In this document: piece by piece, positions 1 through 13,100 of the stretch
Layout: each line of letters starts with the position of its first letter
How positions within the stretch are numbered: position 1 is the stretch's first letter
Assembly (NCBI GenBank): GCA_003971905.1
Contig: RSEE01000024.1
Coordinates: 310,001 to 374,000, forward strand
Direction: 5' to 3'
From: Moniliella sp. 'wahieum'
Lineage: Eukaryota
Length of the DNA: 64,000 bases
Program-made: the position numbers and the translations under genes
Notes under the pieces: model-generated
What the model saw: only the letters and a program-made list of their open reading frames with translations
The model's database searches: none
Told to the model about the DNA's origin: nothing

Positions 1-1356
1 ACGGGCTAGCACCGCCCGAGGATCCGGCACCGCTGGAATGCGAGTAGCCGCTACCGGAACCGTTCGACTTGCTGGCGCCACCCGAGGAACCGGCACCGCT
101 GGAGTGAGAATAGTTGCCGCCAGACTGGCTAGCGCCACCCGAAGATCCGGCCCCACCCGACTTCGAGTGCCCGCCATTGCCACCCGACGGGCTAGCACCG
201 CCCGAGGATCCGGCACCGCTGGAATGCGAGTAGCCGCTCCCAGACCCGTTCGACTTGCTGGCGCCGCCCGAGGATCCGGCACCGCTGGAGTGAGAATAGT
301 TGCCGCCAGACTGGCTAGCGCCACCCGAAGATCCGGCACCGCTGGAGTGAGAATAGTTGCCGCCAGACTGGCTAGCGCCACCCGAAGATCCGGCCCCACC
401 CGACTTCGAGTGCCCGCCATTGCCACCCGACGGGCTAGCACCCCCGAGGATCCGGCACCGCTGGAATGCGAGTAGCCGCTCCCAGACCCGCTCGACTTGC
501 TGGCGCCACCCGAGGAACCGGCACCGCTGGAATGAGAGTGGCCGCTACCGGAACCGTTTGACTTGCTGGCACCGCCCGTGGATCCGGCGCCGCTAGAGTG
601 CGAGTGGCCGCTGTTGCCGCCAGACTGGCTAGGACCGCCGGAGGATCCGGCACCGCTAGAGTGCGAGTAACCGCTGCCCGACCCGTTGGATTTGCTGGCA
701 GCGCCCGAAGAACCGGCGCCACTGGAGTGGGACCCGGTGGCGCTTCCACTCACACTCCCCGTGGCCCCACCATTGCCGCTGTGACTGCTGTTGTCACTCC
801 ATGATTTGTTTGATGCGCCACTTGCGCTCCATCCCCAGCTCCCGGACCCACCCCTGCTGTTAGACGCGCTCCCGCCCCCGGATTTAGACCACGATCCTCC
901 GGAGCCATTGTTTCCGGATTTACTGGCACCCCCGGACTTGGAAACGCCACCGGAAGCCCCTCCCGAGCCACTTCCATTGCCCGAAGCGCTTGCACCTTGC
1001 GATTTGGAAGCGATGCCAGTTGCAGCACTGCGACTTGCACGGGATCGGCTCTTCTTGGCGGCGCAGCCGCCTTCGGCCGAACCCTGGAAGTGCCCGCCGG
1101 CGCTGTAGCCACCATTGGCACCGCCGCTAGCACCCCAGTTCCAACCACCGTTACCGCCGTTTCCGTTACCGTTCCAGTGCCCTCCTTCGCTGAAACCGGC
1201 ACTGTAGTGGTCGCTGTAGCCCCATTGGCCGCTGACTTCGTCGCGCTTGGCTTGGTTGCGGCGATCAGGCGCAGGCGACGGTAGTGTGTATGCTTCAACC
1301 GCGACGGCGCCGACGAGCGCCGTTGCCAGAAGAGCGAATGAAGGTTGGAGTTGCAT
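1..1356 (-). CDS. Secreted Gly/Ser-rich repeat protein, paralog A (3' end runs off the window start)
   Basis: Manual translation from ATG at 1356 gives MQLQPSFALLATALVGAVAVEAYTLPSPAPDRRNQAKRDEVSGQWGY...GGWNWGASGG..., then repeats of the type SHSSGAGSSGGASKSNGSGSG. The N-terminus is homologous to the genes at 14587 and 19218. One repeat unit has a 1-bp deletion at ~441-445. Absent from the ORF track, probably because there is no stop inside the window. Confidence 0.85.
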   Translation of the reverse strand, partial: MQLQPSFALLATALVGAVAVEAYTLPSPAPDRRNQAKRDEVSGQWGYSDHYSAGFSEGGHWNGNGNGGNGGWNWGASGGANGGYSAGGHFQGSAEGGCAAKKSRSRASRSAATGIASKSQGASASGNGSGSGGASGGVSKSGGASKSGNNGSGGSWSKSGGGSASNSRGGSGSWGWSASGASNKSWSDNSSHSGNGGATGSVSGSATGSHSSGAGSSGAASKSNGSGSGYSHSSGAGSSGGPSQSGGNSGHSHSSGAGSTGGASKSNGSGSGHSHSSGAGSSGGASKSSGSGSGYSHSSGAGSSGVLARRVAMAGTRSRVGPDLRVALASLAATILTPAVPDLRVALASLAATILTPAVPDPRAAPASRTGLGAATRIPAVPDPRAVLARRVAMAGTRSRVGPDLRVALASLAATILTPAVPVPRVAPASRTVPVAATRIPAVPDPRAVLAR

Positions 1357-1459
1357 CAAAATGCCAGAGTGCGCTGCAAATGAGTGTTGCGCGCGGCAAG
1401 AAAGAAGAGGAAGGAGGGTGCAGAGGACCAAGAGGTGCAGCGAGGCAAAAGAAGAAGAA

Positions 1460-1466
1460 TTATATA
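1460..1466 (-). promoter_or_regulatory. Putative TATA box of paralog A
   Basis: TATATAA on the minus strand ~105 nt upstream of the ATG, followed by a pyrimidine-rich leader, as in the other two paralogs. Confidence 0.45.
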
Positions 1467-2076
1467 CTCCCAGGGAGATCACATATTTGGAACGAATGGC
1501 AAGACTGGCGTTATGCGTGTGCTGCGGGGGAAAGGGTCGCATTTTTGTTTTTTCCTTTGTCGACGTTGAGGCACTACAACAGCCACCCCTTATGGACCTG
1601 TTCCACGTATTCCTACCACCAGGTACTTGAGCCAGCGCAAGGCCCATTTCGGTTCCAGGGCCCCGTCAGGTACCCCCGTCACTCAACCACATGCACAAAC
1701 ATACCCTCGAGCACATATACTACCCGCCGCGCCCGCAGACACAGCATGGGAACATATCACCAGTGTGTCATTCTGTCCTAATAGACAGTTACCTGATCTG
1801 AGATTTGGATAGTCGAGAAGCACCCTGGACACTTCACCGTGCCGTCGAGGCATTCCAGCGCAACCCAAGGTATTTCCAAGGGGGGATGGGGTGATATAGG
1901 CACAATCGGACCCTATGCCTCATCTGTAGCTCAGTTTTCAGGCTTCAAGCCATCCCCCACCCAGCGTGTCGGGGGGGGGGGGGGGGGGGGGGGCATACAT
2001 TCTGGCACTACTACTGTACAACTGCACTTCGGCGTTGTGCGTATATGGTCCATGTATTATTCGGGTTGCAGACCAG

Positions 2077-2203
2077 CGATCGGAGAGACAAGCATCGAGG
2101 GATACTTGGCGACGATCGGAGAGACTGGCGACGATCGGAGAGACAAGCATCGAGGGATACTTGGCGACGATCGGAGAGACAAGCATCGAGGAGTACTTGG
2201 CGA
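2077..2203. repeat. 36-bp minisatellite (3 full units plus 1 internally deleted unit)
   Basis: Unit CGATCGGAGAGACAAGCATCGAGGGATACTTGGCGA read directly, with no spacers between units. Confidence 0.9.
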
Positions 2204-5200
2204 ACCGAAACGTTTTTGTCAGAGACATGGCAAACAGAAGGCGAGACATTGCATTTCAGCCGAACAGCAACCGCCCTGGAGTTATATGTCACACGTTTGC
2301 AGCGAGACAATGACTATTCCCCTGCTCTAAGGTCTCACATCCCGTCCATCATGCATGGTAGTCTCTGCAGCCGAATCCTAGTGTGGAAGGGGCTATGAAT
2401 ACGACCCACATGGGCAGCGCCTCCAGGCTAACCCTGGGTGCCCCCCGGCCTCAGATGTGACGGATTGGGCTGCGATGTGATCTTCCAGTTCGCGATAATA
2501 CACCCATCGAGAACAGTCTAGAATCCGCCATCGCTGCCAGCTTCTTTTTATTGAGCTTCATAGCTTCACATTCGGTGGCTTCTTCGAAGTTGCCGACTTA
2601 CCCTGAGAAACGTATATACATCTGTGCTAGAAGAGCATATTGGGATACCCTAGAAAACAGGTTTTGGATGGGGCCCGACCGATGTACGAGAAGACTCCCC
2701 TAGCAACACAGCCCAATGGGACGTATGAACGTTTATCTCGAGTTGTGGGTCTGTGATGCTATAATTATGGCTCGACCACATCAGCGACACTTCTTCGCGT
2801 TTCTACTGCCTTCTTTGAGAGTAGGCACATGCATCAAGTGAGCATGGATAGATGGTGAACGCTTCATTCATCATGCATGAAGCTTGGAGCAAAACCCCAT
2901 AGCCATCGTGACTCGTGACCGCGTGACCGGCAACCAAGGTTCAGAAGTTAGCTGGCATCCTGTTCATTAGTTCATCGTTTAGCGCTCCAGTTTTATACTG
3001 CGCCAACACTGGTCCTAAAGGTTAAGCACTGAGTTGCTGGGCAATCTTATTGGATAAAAGGTTGCTGTTTGTTACACAGGTGCTACCCGAAAATGAAGTT
3101 AAACGTATTTGGGGGGATGATCGCTCAGCTGAGCGCTGAGCGTCGAGCGCGGAGCGCACATAGGTTGAGCCGCTCAGCTGTGTGCGCCGCCGGACCCCGA
3201 GGAGACCGTAAGGCCTAAGATGTGTAGATCCATTGATGTGCACAACAAAACTGTGCGCAGGCGCGGCCGATGGTGGGTGCCGGTGTGACATGTGACAGAA
3301 GGGCCAGTGACGGACACGAGGTGACCGACACATGTCACAAGGGTCTGTCTCACCGGCACGCGTCACAAGGTGTCGGGCCTGCATCCAATGACCATGGCAC
3401 GCTCATCATCACGTCCATTAATCTCATCGACCAGCTTATTAAACTAGAGAAGGTGCGGTACCCGGGAATGCCGGGAACGTGGAACGCCAATAGTAGGAAC
3501 ATTATGGTAACAGAGTTCCTGCTGTCACTTGTCACTTGTCACATGTCACGTGCGCCAGTCCCGTCAGCGGTTCAAGCTTCTATTTATTTATTGTGACGGT
3601 GTGTTGTGTTTGTTGTAATTTGTTGTTGTGTAACATGTACCTGAGGCACATCATACAAGTATATATATGTAGTGCAGACTAGCACCTTTCTGGCCATAGA
3701 CAATATGGCCATTGGAATTCTCTGCCCATGTCATGTGCTTAGCTTAAGCGCTTGAGAGGCCTATAGACGCTATAAAGAAAAGATCGGGTCTTGATTATAA
3801 ATGGGGGGGCGTATATATACACCATCAACGGGAGATGATGATGATTGAAACTGAAGCTTCACTAATATATTAATCATAGCTCCTTTGAGGAAAGCGAGGC
3901 GTGGATCGAGTTAGCGGAGGTCACCGTGACTTGTCGAGTGTCAAGCATGTCAAGTATCAGGGGTCACCGTTCAGGCCTAGTCAAACCCAGGACAGAGAGG
4001 TGCCGATATAATCGTTGAGTTTGGACACATATGAGTTCTGTGACGGTGCTCGCACCCCAAGAACGTTGTCTCGCCTCTTGACTTCTTGAATTCCCAAAGC
4101 TCATCAATTCCTTTATCTGAGCATTTCCCTAAGCTCAATTGCTGTTTATATGTCCATTGCGCCTTCGCTGTCTATTCGCCCAGGCGAGGCGATCAAACTA
4201 GTATTCGATCTCGATCTCGATTATCTCTATCTCACTGAACTTTGAGACCCGCTTGCTTTCACCGTATCCGGCGACTCGTCTGCTTTTCCTTCTGATCTCT
4301 TCGATCTCGAGATCTGATCTTTTTTCCCTTGTTTCCTCGCAGCTTGGCTAATCTCTCCCTGCTCTTTTCGGAAATATGAAGACAGTTGTTACTTGATTCC
4401 GAATCAATCGCCAAGCCTCCAACCACATTCTCATCATTACCTCTTGAGCAAATTCTCTTCTTTCCTGCTAGTGTCTGATCCCGACCTACTCGACTACCTC
4501 TCCTTCTTTCTGCTACCTCCACTACGGCAAAGAGACCTTACTCCACCGCCCTTTGATCCCCATCAGAACCGGGAATACATGTTGCCAAGTCATTTTGACA
4601 CTGTGACGTCGGGATGGCTTGACTTACTTCCAAGAACATACGCAAACATACGCATATCTGCCCAGGATCAGCTGCTATATCCTTGACTACAGGATGCAGC
4701 TATTGGTTCCAAATTCTCGGTGAGTAGTCTTCATAAATGGATTAAGGAAAGAGGGGCGAAAGCCACCGAATCGATAATGGGATCCGGGCAGAATAGACCG
4801 GAATCTGCGCACGTCCGCACAAGACTCTGATTATCGATTACAAGGGGCATGAAGTATGAGACCATGATGCATATGAAGATCCTTGGTTCTTCTATTTCTC
4901 TTAATGAACCACATTAAAGCCCAGCCTAATTCGTAAGCCTGCTTCAGGCCATGCCTCATCCCAACTCCCTTACAAATGATTCAAAACTCACTGTTACATA
5001 GGCCCAACGTCCAGCATCGTCCTCATCGGCATCACCGGTATCGTCGCGCATACACTCTGCGATTCGGTTTCATTTCCTCCATCATGCATCAAGCTTGAAG
5101 CATATTCGCGGTGCATGGACTGCACACCCCTTCCTCCACCATACGTCCTCTCTGATCTCACGACCACCACTTTTCGCCCTTGCCTCTTTTCTTCAAGGTG

Positions 5201-8200
5201 AACTCGACTCCGTCCTTGAATCATTTATACCATCTCACTGGTACTCCCTTTGATAATGATCCTTGCCTCTACCTACACGTTAATCCAACAGCATCCAAAA
5301 CGTTTAGCCTTCAGGCGATCAAAGTATCAACGGTTAACGAAGAGTGTTGTTAAGCGTTTAGCATGCGAGTTGGAGCACACGAGATATACATCTTCCGGCT
5401 ATTAGCTAAACAAACTTCGCCCACTATACTATACGGAAAAACAGGCACTAATAGTGTGGGGGATCGCCCGACGGCGGAATACATAAATGTCACAGGCCTC
5501 AGGCCGCCTGAGAGTCTAGTGGCTAGTGACTCTAGACTGGCGACGCCTTATATGGTCACCATGCTGTGACCAGTGTGACAGCAAGCGTGGGCACACATGT
5601 GTCGTTTGATATCTGACTAACTACACAGTAGCTGTGATAGTGACTCGTGTGACGCGTGACGCTAGCGACTAGTAACTATAGTAACTAGTAATAGCCATAC
5701 CGGTTACCTGGTAGCCAGGGAGACGTCACTATGGTGAGTATTATAGTGACCCGGTGATCGAGGGCCCCAACCACAGCCGTTCAGATTCAATATTCAGAGG
5801 TGATATAGTGACAAATGCGGGCCCAATGGCTCAGCGCTCAGCGCTCAGTCTGAGCGTTCTACGTTCAAAAGTACGTGAGTGGCCCCGTCAGCCCCGTCTC
5901 GAGTGCCAGCCAGTCGGTGTTATTCGCCCTGAATCTTACTGATGCTGCACGTGTTTATGCTTTAAGGTTAAACGTTACACGTTAAGCGTTACAACGTTAA
6001 ACGTTAAACACTGTTTTGGGTTGGGTATCATCGATATCATCACTGAGACCGGGGCGTCCGGCAGCGGCCATTCTTGCGCCGCGGAAGCAGATCCCTGTAT
6101 TCGAAGCGTAGTCTTCAAGCTATAGAGGGATAATCCGGCGGTAGCAATGAACGGAAACGAGGTTACGAGTAGAGCGAAGACCTTGGCAACGGCAAGGAGA
6201 TAGGCAGCTACCGCAGGAAGAAAGAGGGGGGAGAAGGAACAGGAGGCTGCTCGCACGGAAGGCAGAGCAGGCGCTGAGTGGCCCCGTGCCGGAGCAGGTG
6301 CGGGTACGGCGCGAGCTAGGCCAGGTTAGGCCAGGCTGAGCCAGGCTAGGCCAGTTATCGACTATTTTCCACGTCACAACACCATAACCCCGTCAACAAT
6401 GTCACAGGCATTGCATGTAGGTCCAATTGGCCGCGTGAATACATAGAGGGTCGGGGTGTGAGACATACGCGGTGTCGCCGGTCGTCGGCCACACGTCACA
6501 CATCTTGTCACATGTCACCTGTGACATGTGACGCGCTGGTCTGATCCGTGGTGTGGTTTTGACTGCGCCGGAGAGTAAGCGTGCCGGGTGTTCGCGCCTG
6601 TTCGCGCACATGGGGGGTTCCAACAGTTGTTCGCGTTCCTGATTCAGCCTCTCTCCCATGGCACTTGGCTATTGCAGCATCTGGCCAGGGGTGATTAATG
6701 ATTCGACTACGATGACCCATGACGCGTGACGCATGACGCGTGACTAGTGATGCATGATGGATTAGATGCACACAGATCGATGGTGACGATGATGCAGATG
6801 ATGTACACAGATGATGGCCTCTCTAGGCGCTAACAGCGGACTTTGAAGATTCTATATTAATGACACAGTTGATGTCACGTAACGCGTAACGCATAACGCG
6901 TAACGCACAATGCATAGTAAATAGGACATCATGGAGTCCCCCCCTCGCGTGTTCCTTTGAGATCTGATTCCTTATTTCCTTCTTCGCTACGGTTGTCCGA
7001 GGTCTTCGCAAACGATCACACAACTTGTCTATTCAAGCTTCAAGCTTCACCAGGGGTAACGTGTAACATGTAACACGTAAGAGAATGACTGGTTGGTAAC
7101 TCTGTCCCCGCCACACCGCGACCGATCTCGAGCAGCAGCTGCCTCTCTGACACACCTCAGACTGCGCATCATCGCTGGGAGGTTCATGCCATCTTCCACG
7201 AGGCAACTAGTGCGCCCATAAAAATGGGTTATACCCTGGCCTTAACCATATAGCACTCCCTAGCCCTGGATCCGATGTGTTGCTCGGGACGCACCCCGGG
7301 TACATCGTGTACCGAAGAAGGCCATGCATTCACAGTGTGATGGGGTTGACATAGGTGACACGCATATGGGTAATTTGTAGCAGCCGTTCGCCTCTTGCAC
7401 TCCTCTTCAAACGTCTGGGAGCCCAAAATCAAGATCCCAGGTATGTCGTATGATATGATGCATCATACCATGATACAGGAGACCTGCCTAACCAGGCCTT
7501 CTTGCCTCTACAGTCTCACCTCAGTACACAGTTGTAAGGTGCGGGTAGCTCCGTTTGACATTAATCTTTGAAACAGACGGTGCACCATGAGATCTGAGAG
7601 GGGCACCCTCGCACAGATGGTGGTATTCTGTAGCCAACACACAATGATTTAATGATACAAGATGTATGCCGACTCTAACCCAAAGTGAAATGCGCCAGCC
7701 GGGTCATATGTTACGCATATCACAGGGCGCACATACCGTGCCGGTGACAGGTACAGTGTTTGCGTCCGTGTCACCTGTCGCGTGTCACATGTCACGTCAC
7801 ATGCACATCTTGTTGGCCGGCCGGTCGGGGAAAAACACACTGAACTAGGGACCATCGGAGTAGCCTAGGCCTGAGCAAGAAGGCAGAAGGCAGAAGGCAG
7901 AAGGAGGAAGGAGGAAGGAGAAGTAACGAGTACGTTTTAATATTAGTAGTGACTAGTGACTACTATAATCTCACAGTGACGGTGGTGACTCGCGCGATTG
8001 TATATCTCTTGCATCGATCATCTCTTCGCCATCATCACCAAGCCTCAGGCCTCAGGGGAGCAGCTAGTGACTGACTATATACCACAGTAACTAATAGCTG
8101 AGTTATAGCAGACTATATAGCTGACATCTTCATAATTCAGAATGTGGGCTCATTATCATGAACGCTCCCATGAACCATCTCGTTTGTTGGCCTAGGGAGC

Positions 8201-8642
8201 CGGACGGGCAGAAGGATGAGAAGGTGATGGATTGGAGCCAGAGTTGGGTCTGGGTCCAGAGGCATCTATATAGGAGGCCGGACTAGGCACAGGGACAGTG
8301 AGTCACACAGGAGAGAGTGCAGGGCACAGGGACAGTGACACGCAGGGACGTCAGCGTGGAAGCCGATGGAACCGAGGCGAACCTGGTCTACCGACTGGGA
8401 GCCTGAGGATCACAGTCAACATCGTTGAATTACTAGATTTATACGCGTTATGGAGAGGGGTGAGGCCTGAGGGGTGGTGTATCCAGTGGCCTTGTTTCGG
8501 ACGCTATAACGGTGGGTGTTATAGCTCTACCGAGCATCATTCGAAGCAGCCTTGACGACGGGGGTTGATTTTTTGGTATGGGCCTAAGAGTTAGACGGAT
8601 CAGGCCCGCGGCTCAGGCCGTAGAACTCAGGCCTAAAGGGCT

Positions 8643-8780
8643 GTAGAAGGCCAGATAGTAGGTAGTTGGTAGTGAATTGCATTGCAAATGAGCTATACAG
8701 GCTAGAGAATATTCCTGCCCGCCATCAAGAAGGAATATTGCATGCAATGAACCAGAAGGTTCCGAACTTGGGCTACCGAC
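8643..8780 (+). repeat. Dispersed repeat family R1, copy 1 (decayed coding-like relic)
   Basis: Shares TAGAAGGCCAGA...ATTGCATTGCA.ATGAGCTA...GGCTAGAGAATATTCCTGC...AAGGAATATTG...GAAGGTTCC...TGGGCTACCG with copies at 17776, 35045 and 41800. Confidence 0.75.
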
Positions 8781-11700
8781 TAACCACTATTAGGGCCAAC
8801 ATCATGTTCAACGCAACCTCAGAAGGTGGGGTTGGAGGGCTATTAGACCATATACGTATACTATAGCAAGCAGCCTACACGAGACGAGCAGAGGCGCACA
8901 GCGTTTCTTTGTCCCACCCTTAGGCTCTGTGGATGATATGAATGCGACAGTAAGATCAATAAATCAGTCGAATGATTGGCTTCTGTGACGCGTCTCTGGC
9001 CAGGAATAACTTCCCCGCTGTGATGATTGTGCCTGTCCTCCATCCAATTCACCTTTCTAATCCCTCTTTCCTCTCTCCCCTACCAGCTACTTTCCCTCAT
9101 CAGCAACCATTCCCCTTTCTTTCGATCGGACCTCTTGGTGGTTCTCTTGTGACACTTGAAGCTTGAGTGCCATTGGGCTGGGAATCGCATTGGGATCGGA
9201 ACGGTTGTATCACCCTTCTGTGCATACACCTCTGAATTTCTGTCGAGCACCCCAAATTTGATGTATACCAATAAAGAAACACTGCGTCCGAGATGGTTCA
9301 TCGAGTTCAGACGTAATCGCACATCGCATGTCCACCATCCCCTCCGCCTTCACCATAGAGGTTAGAGAATTATGGAATGAAGTGGATGCAGAAGGCCCTG
9401 ATGTCCTTAATTGCGATGATTTTTCTCGTGGCAATTAGGAGGGGGAAAGCTGCAGGAAAGGTCGCCTGTACCACAGGAGTACATGGGCTTTAAGTTTCCT
9501 TTACCCCTGTGGTCAGTATAGATTGATTGCCAATGATAGAGCTATGTTTCTATACATGAACTGGATGTGGCCGTGGACCCTTGCGCATGGCCAAAGTTTC
9601 TTCAGTGTCTCCTCAGGTCTAAGGGCTCAGCCGTTTCCTCGTTTCGTTCTGTCTTCCAATTTGTTCTGCAGGCCAACGCGGTGACGACCGGCTGCTTGAT
9701 TTCCCGCTGTAAGCGTTGTTGGTTTCATTAGACCACAACTCCATCATCACTAGTGAGATTGCATAGCCTTTTCAAGAAAAGGGACATCAAGACTCCAGGC
9801 CCCATAAAAAACTGGTGGAGGCAAGGGCGATAAGACGGAAACAGGGAAAGGGTACAGTCGAAAGTCACCGAGCGTCCGTCGCCTTGGCCTCCCAAAACTT
9901 CTTTCTAGCCGTAAATAACATCCCTCGCAGTCACAACAGCCTTAGAGCTCCTATGGAACCACGGACCACAGTAAAAGTAAAGAATGAAGGATACAATAAT
10001 CGCGTATGTACACTGCCAAAGAGAGAGAAGCGAATCTATACAAGCCATGGCATATCGGAACCCAGCCTAAAAGAAAAAGTGTGGGTAAAACAATTAAGCA
10101 TTGCATGAGCGGATAGTGTCACAGTCGGGGGGTTAAGACGAGGGAGAACACAGTTGAGGCAAGTCACGGAATGTGGTAATCGTTTATAAGGAAGATTCAA
10201 GGCACGAGGGAATGGATCGAAAAGCAGACAAAGAAAAACAGGGAAACAACGAGACGCTCCAAACAAATTAAGAAAATATAAATTGGAGCGAGATTGGCAG
10301 CAATCAACCCACATGCCTTCCTTTTGATGAGAGGAACCAGTGGATCAGTGCCATTATAGCAAAAGTACCTCATCCAAACAAATAGTTACTTTGGAGTTGT
10401 ACGAAGGGTTGTAAAACACGAAGGAAATAATATTATGGAATGTGGCCCTGAAGAAGCATTGGCTGCGATGCACTTTTGTGTTCAAAGGATGGGTGCAACC
10501 AATTTGTATCGGGAGATGCAAAATCCAGCCAAACGTGTGTGTGATTCGTGCGTGTGTGTCGTGAGGTCCTTCATGAACAAGGACAAGATGACTTTTCCCC
10601 ATTTGGAACCCATCCTCACCCGAAGTTGGATGTTACATGCTACGGGGGAGTCCGGCTATCTCCGGACGAAAATCACTGTGCATGTTGTTGGGATCTCTTC
10701 CGAACGCACACGTCCGTCGCGTTATACACGGAAGTTCTTATAAACGCCTTTAACCGGTCTTGACGATCTATGCACTCTACTCTGTCCACAGAGGGCCTGA
10801 GCTGCGCTCTTTGCATTCAACTGGCAGCCACCAAAACTAGAGTACCTTCCTCGGTTCTACACCCACTCGGGTTTTGACCACAGAACTCATCTGAGGCCGG
10901 ACATACCGTCGTCCGTGTGGCTTTGATTGGCCGTCCAAGGATTTGTATCCTCAAACTCAGCGACGTGTCCCGCCTCGTGGATTTCCCCGTGACAATTGTC
11001 ACTGGGATGAGTTTTCACTAGCAACTAGACACTAGTTGCCACAGTGATTGCTTCAGCGGCTGTTTGCCATAAGAGTAGAGGGAGAGGCGCGTCACTCGGA
11101 AGCACTTCATTCATATTCATCCGCATCATTCATCCCACCTCATCACATCACATTTCAAATGCGCGCAACTCGGTGATTATATTGATTACACACCTATCGC
11201 CATACATAAACTGTTCTCGACCCACCATTCATGCAGTCCCACCGGAAAGGTGGAGAGGAAGGCAAAAAGCAGTGTTAGAAGTAAGGTGATGGAGTGCATG
11301 ATATTTTAACTCATAACCGTGTGAGGTGCGGAAAGGGAAGGATGGGGGGATGGGGGAGGGGCGTTTCCCCTCCTCCGAACCTCTCTCGGCCTTCTGTTGG
11401 CGTCCACACACGGCTGAACATTCCAGAAAATGGGGTGATAGACCGTGCGATGAACATATGCTACTGCGCTGCTAACTGGGGATGGAGAGGTGATAAGATC
11501 ATAACATTCACAGCAGAGCCCCTGGGAGCTATGCTCACATGGACAGAAGGGAGAGAAGAAGAAAAATACGAACACTGCTTTTGCAGTGCCATCCGTTGGT
11601 CGTATTTCACCAGTGTCGCGCGCAATTCATCATCAATAGTCAATACAAAACACATATTTCTCGAACATAGAGAGTGTCGGTTTGGCGGGGGGGGGCAGGG

Positions 11701-12849
11701 CCGTCCCCGATCCGGTTTTCGGGGTATGAAATGGGCGTGACGGCATTGATACGAATGTGACGGAGTCTTGGCGTCGCACGGGGGCGTGTTCCGAAACCAG
11801 TTTGGATATACTGTAACTACGGGAAGTCCCCAACAAGAAGAATTGCGGGGGGATTGAGAACAATTCCTCTGTAATGCCGAAGGGTCGACTCTCACACGGT
11901 ATGTTTTCATATGATACTTTTATTGGGGTTGATGGTGACTCCGAGTGGGGCTATTGATAAGAAGGAGCGCCTCTCGGAATATACCAGAGGCAGCGACTTG
12001 TTGTGTTGCGAGGCTGTATAAGGAATATCCGCCGGCCGAGAAGCAGTAACGTGCATGAAGCCGTCCGGACTCGCCATCTGGACTGGAAAACGGGAAAAGT
12101 GGCAGTGGAGGATGTCTTGGCTAATAGAATACGACTCAGGACCGAAACTGAGGCCGAGACTGGAGCTGGGACTGACCTCTAGGGAGAATGGGTTCAGCAA
12201 GAGAGACTCTGAGCCACGGATTTGATTGAGGTGAGAGAGGAGTAGCCGTAAGGTGAACAGGCAAAGAGTTTTTGGAGATGGAATTAAGAGGAGAAGGAGT
12301 TCCTGCTGCTGTATGGATTGACGAAGATGGGAAGAGGCGGAGAAAACCCCACCAACCGTGAGTACAGGCTTTACATGCGTAAAAAATAACGAAAACAATA
12401 ATGTAATAGAAAGAGATGGTGGGAAACGAAAACGGGACTGGGGAAGCAGTGACCAGTAGAAAGACCGGTTTTGGACTTGGAACGAGGAATAATCTATCCG
12501 CCTCCCTTTTGTTCTCGATTCCTTCGTCATAGACGGGAGTCATGCATCATAGGACATCCGACTGTTGATGTCCTCATCTCGAACAACCGCTTTTGTGCAG
12601 TATCATACGTGTTCTTTTGCTCGTGCAATGTTAGACCTCGCACTACTGCTTCTTGCCGATTACGAAGATATAATTCCCAAGGGGATGTCTAAGTTCTCTC
12701 ATAATAAGAAGCTCATACTGCATGACTCATGTCCGTCGGTACATTGATGTTTCCAAAGATACCTTTTGTCACTCACTGCCACAAGTCCCAATAGTAAGAG
12801 TCGCTAGTCTCAGATCTCAGAATCCAATGCCGATCTCGTGTCAGATGTT

Positions 12850-13100
12850 GCCACGTCACCCACCGGTGCCTTGCCTGATTCGGAGATGTGAAAGCTAGAC
12901 CCTAGAGTTGCCGCGCGCAGGCCAGCAGGCCACGTGTACATTCCTGTCCCACTGCTTGCTCTGTCCTCTTCGCCACCACCTCTCCTTCCCCTTTCCCCTT
13001 CTTCTCGCTCACCTCGTTACTTTATTACTACTCGCTGATCGTCTGTGGTTTAGAGACTAATAGGTGTCTCCAGGTCAGAGCCTTCACGCGTCGCTACACA
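12850..13100 (+). repeat. Dispersed repeat family R2 (also present in both inverted-repeat arms)
   Basis: CAGCAGGCCAC.TGTACA...TCACCTCG...TCTGTGG.TTTAGAGACTA..GGTGTCTCC.AGGTCAG aligns by eye with 52535-52830 (+) and 38460-38760 (-). Confidence 0.75.

Noticed and set aside
1970..1993. Long poly-G tract as a functional G-quadruplex element
   Set aside because: Homopolymer length is unreliable in this assembly and nothing else supports a function.
2077..2203. 36-bp repeat as a CRISPR array
   Set aside because: The units are head-to-tail with no unique spacers, there are no cas genes, and the context is eukaryotic.
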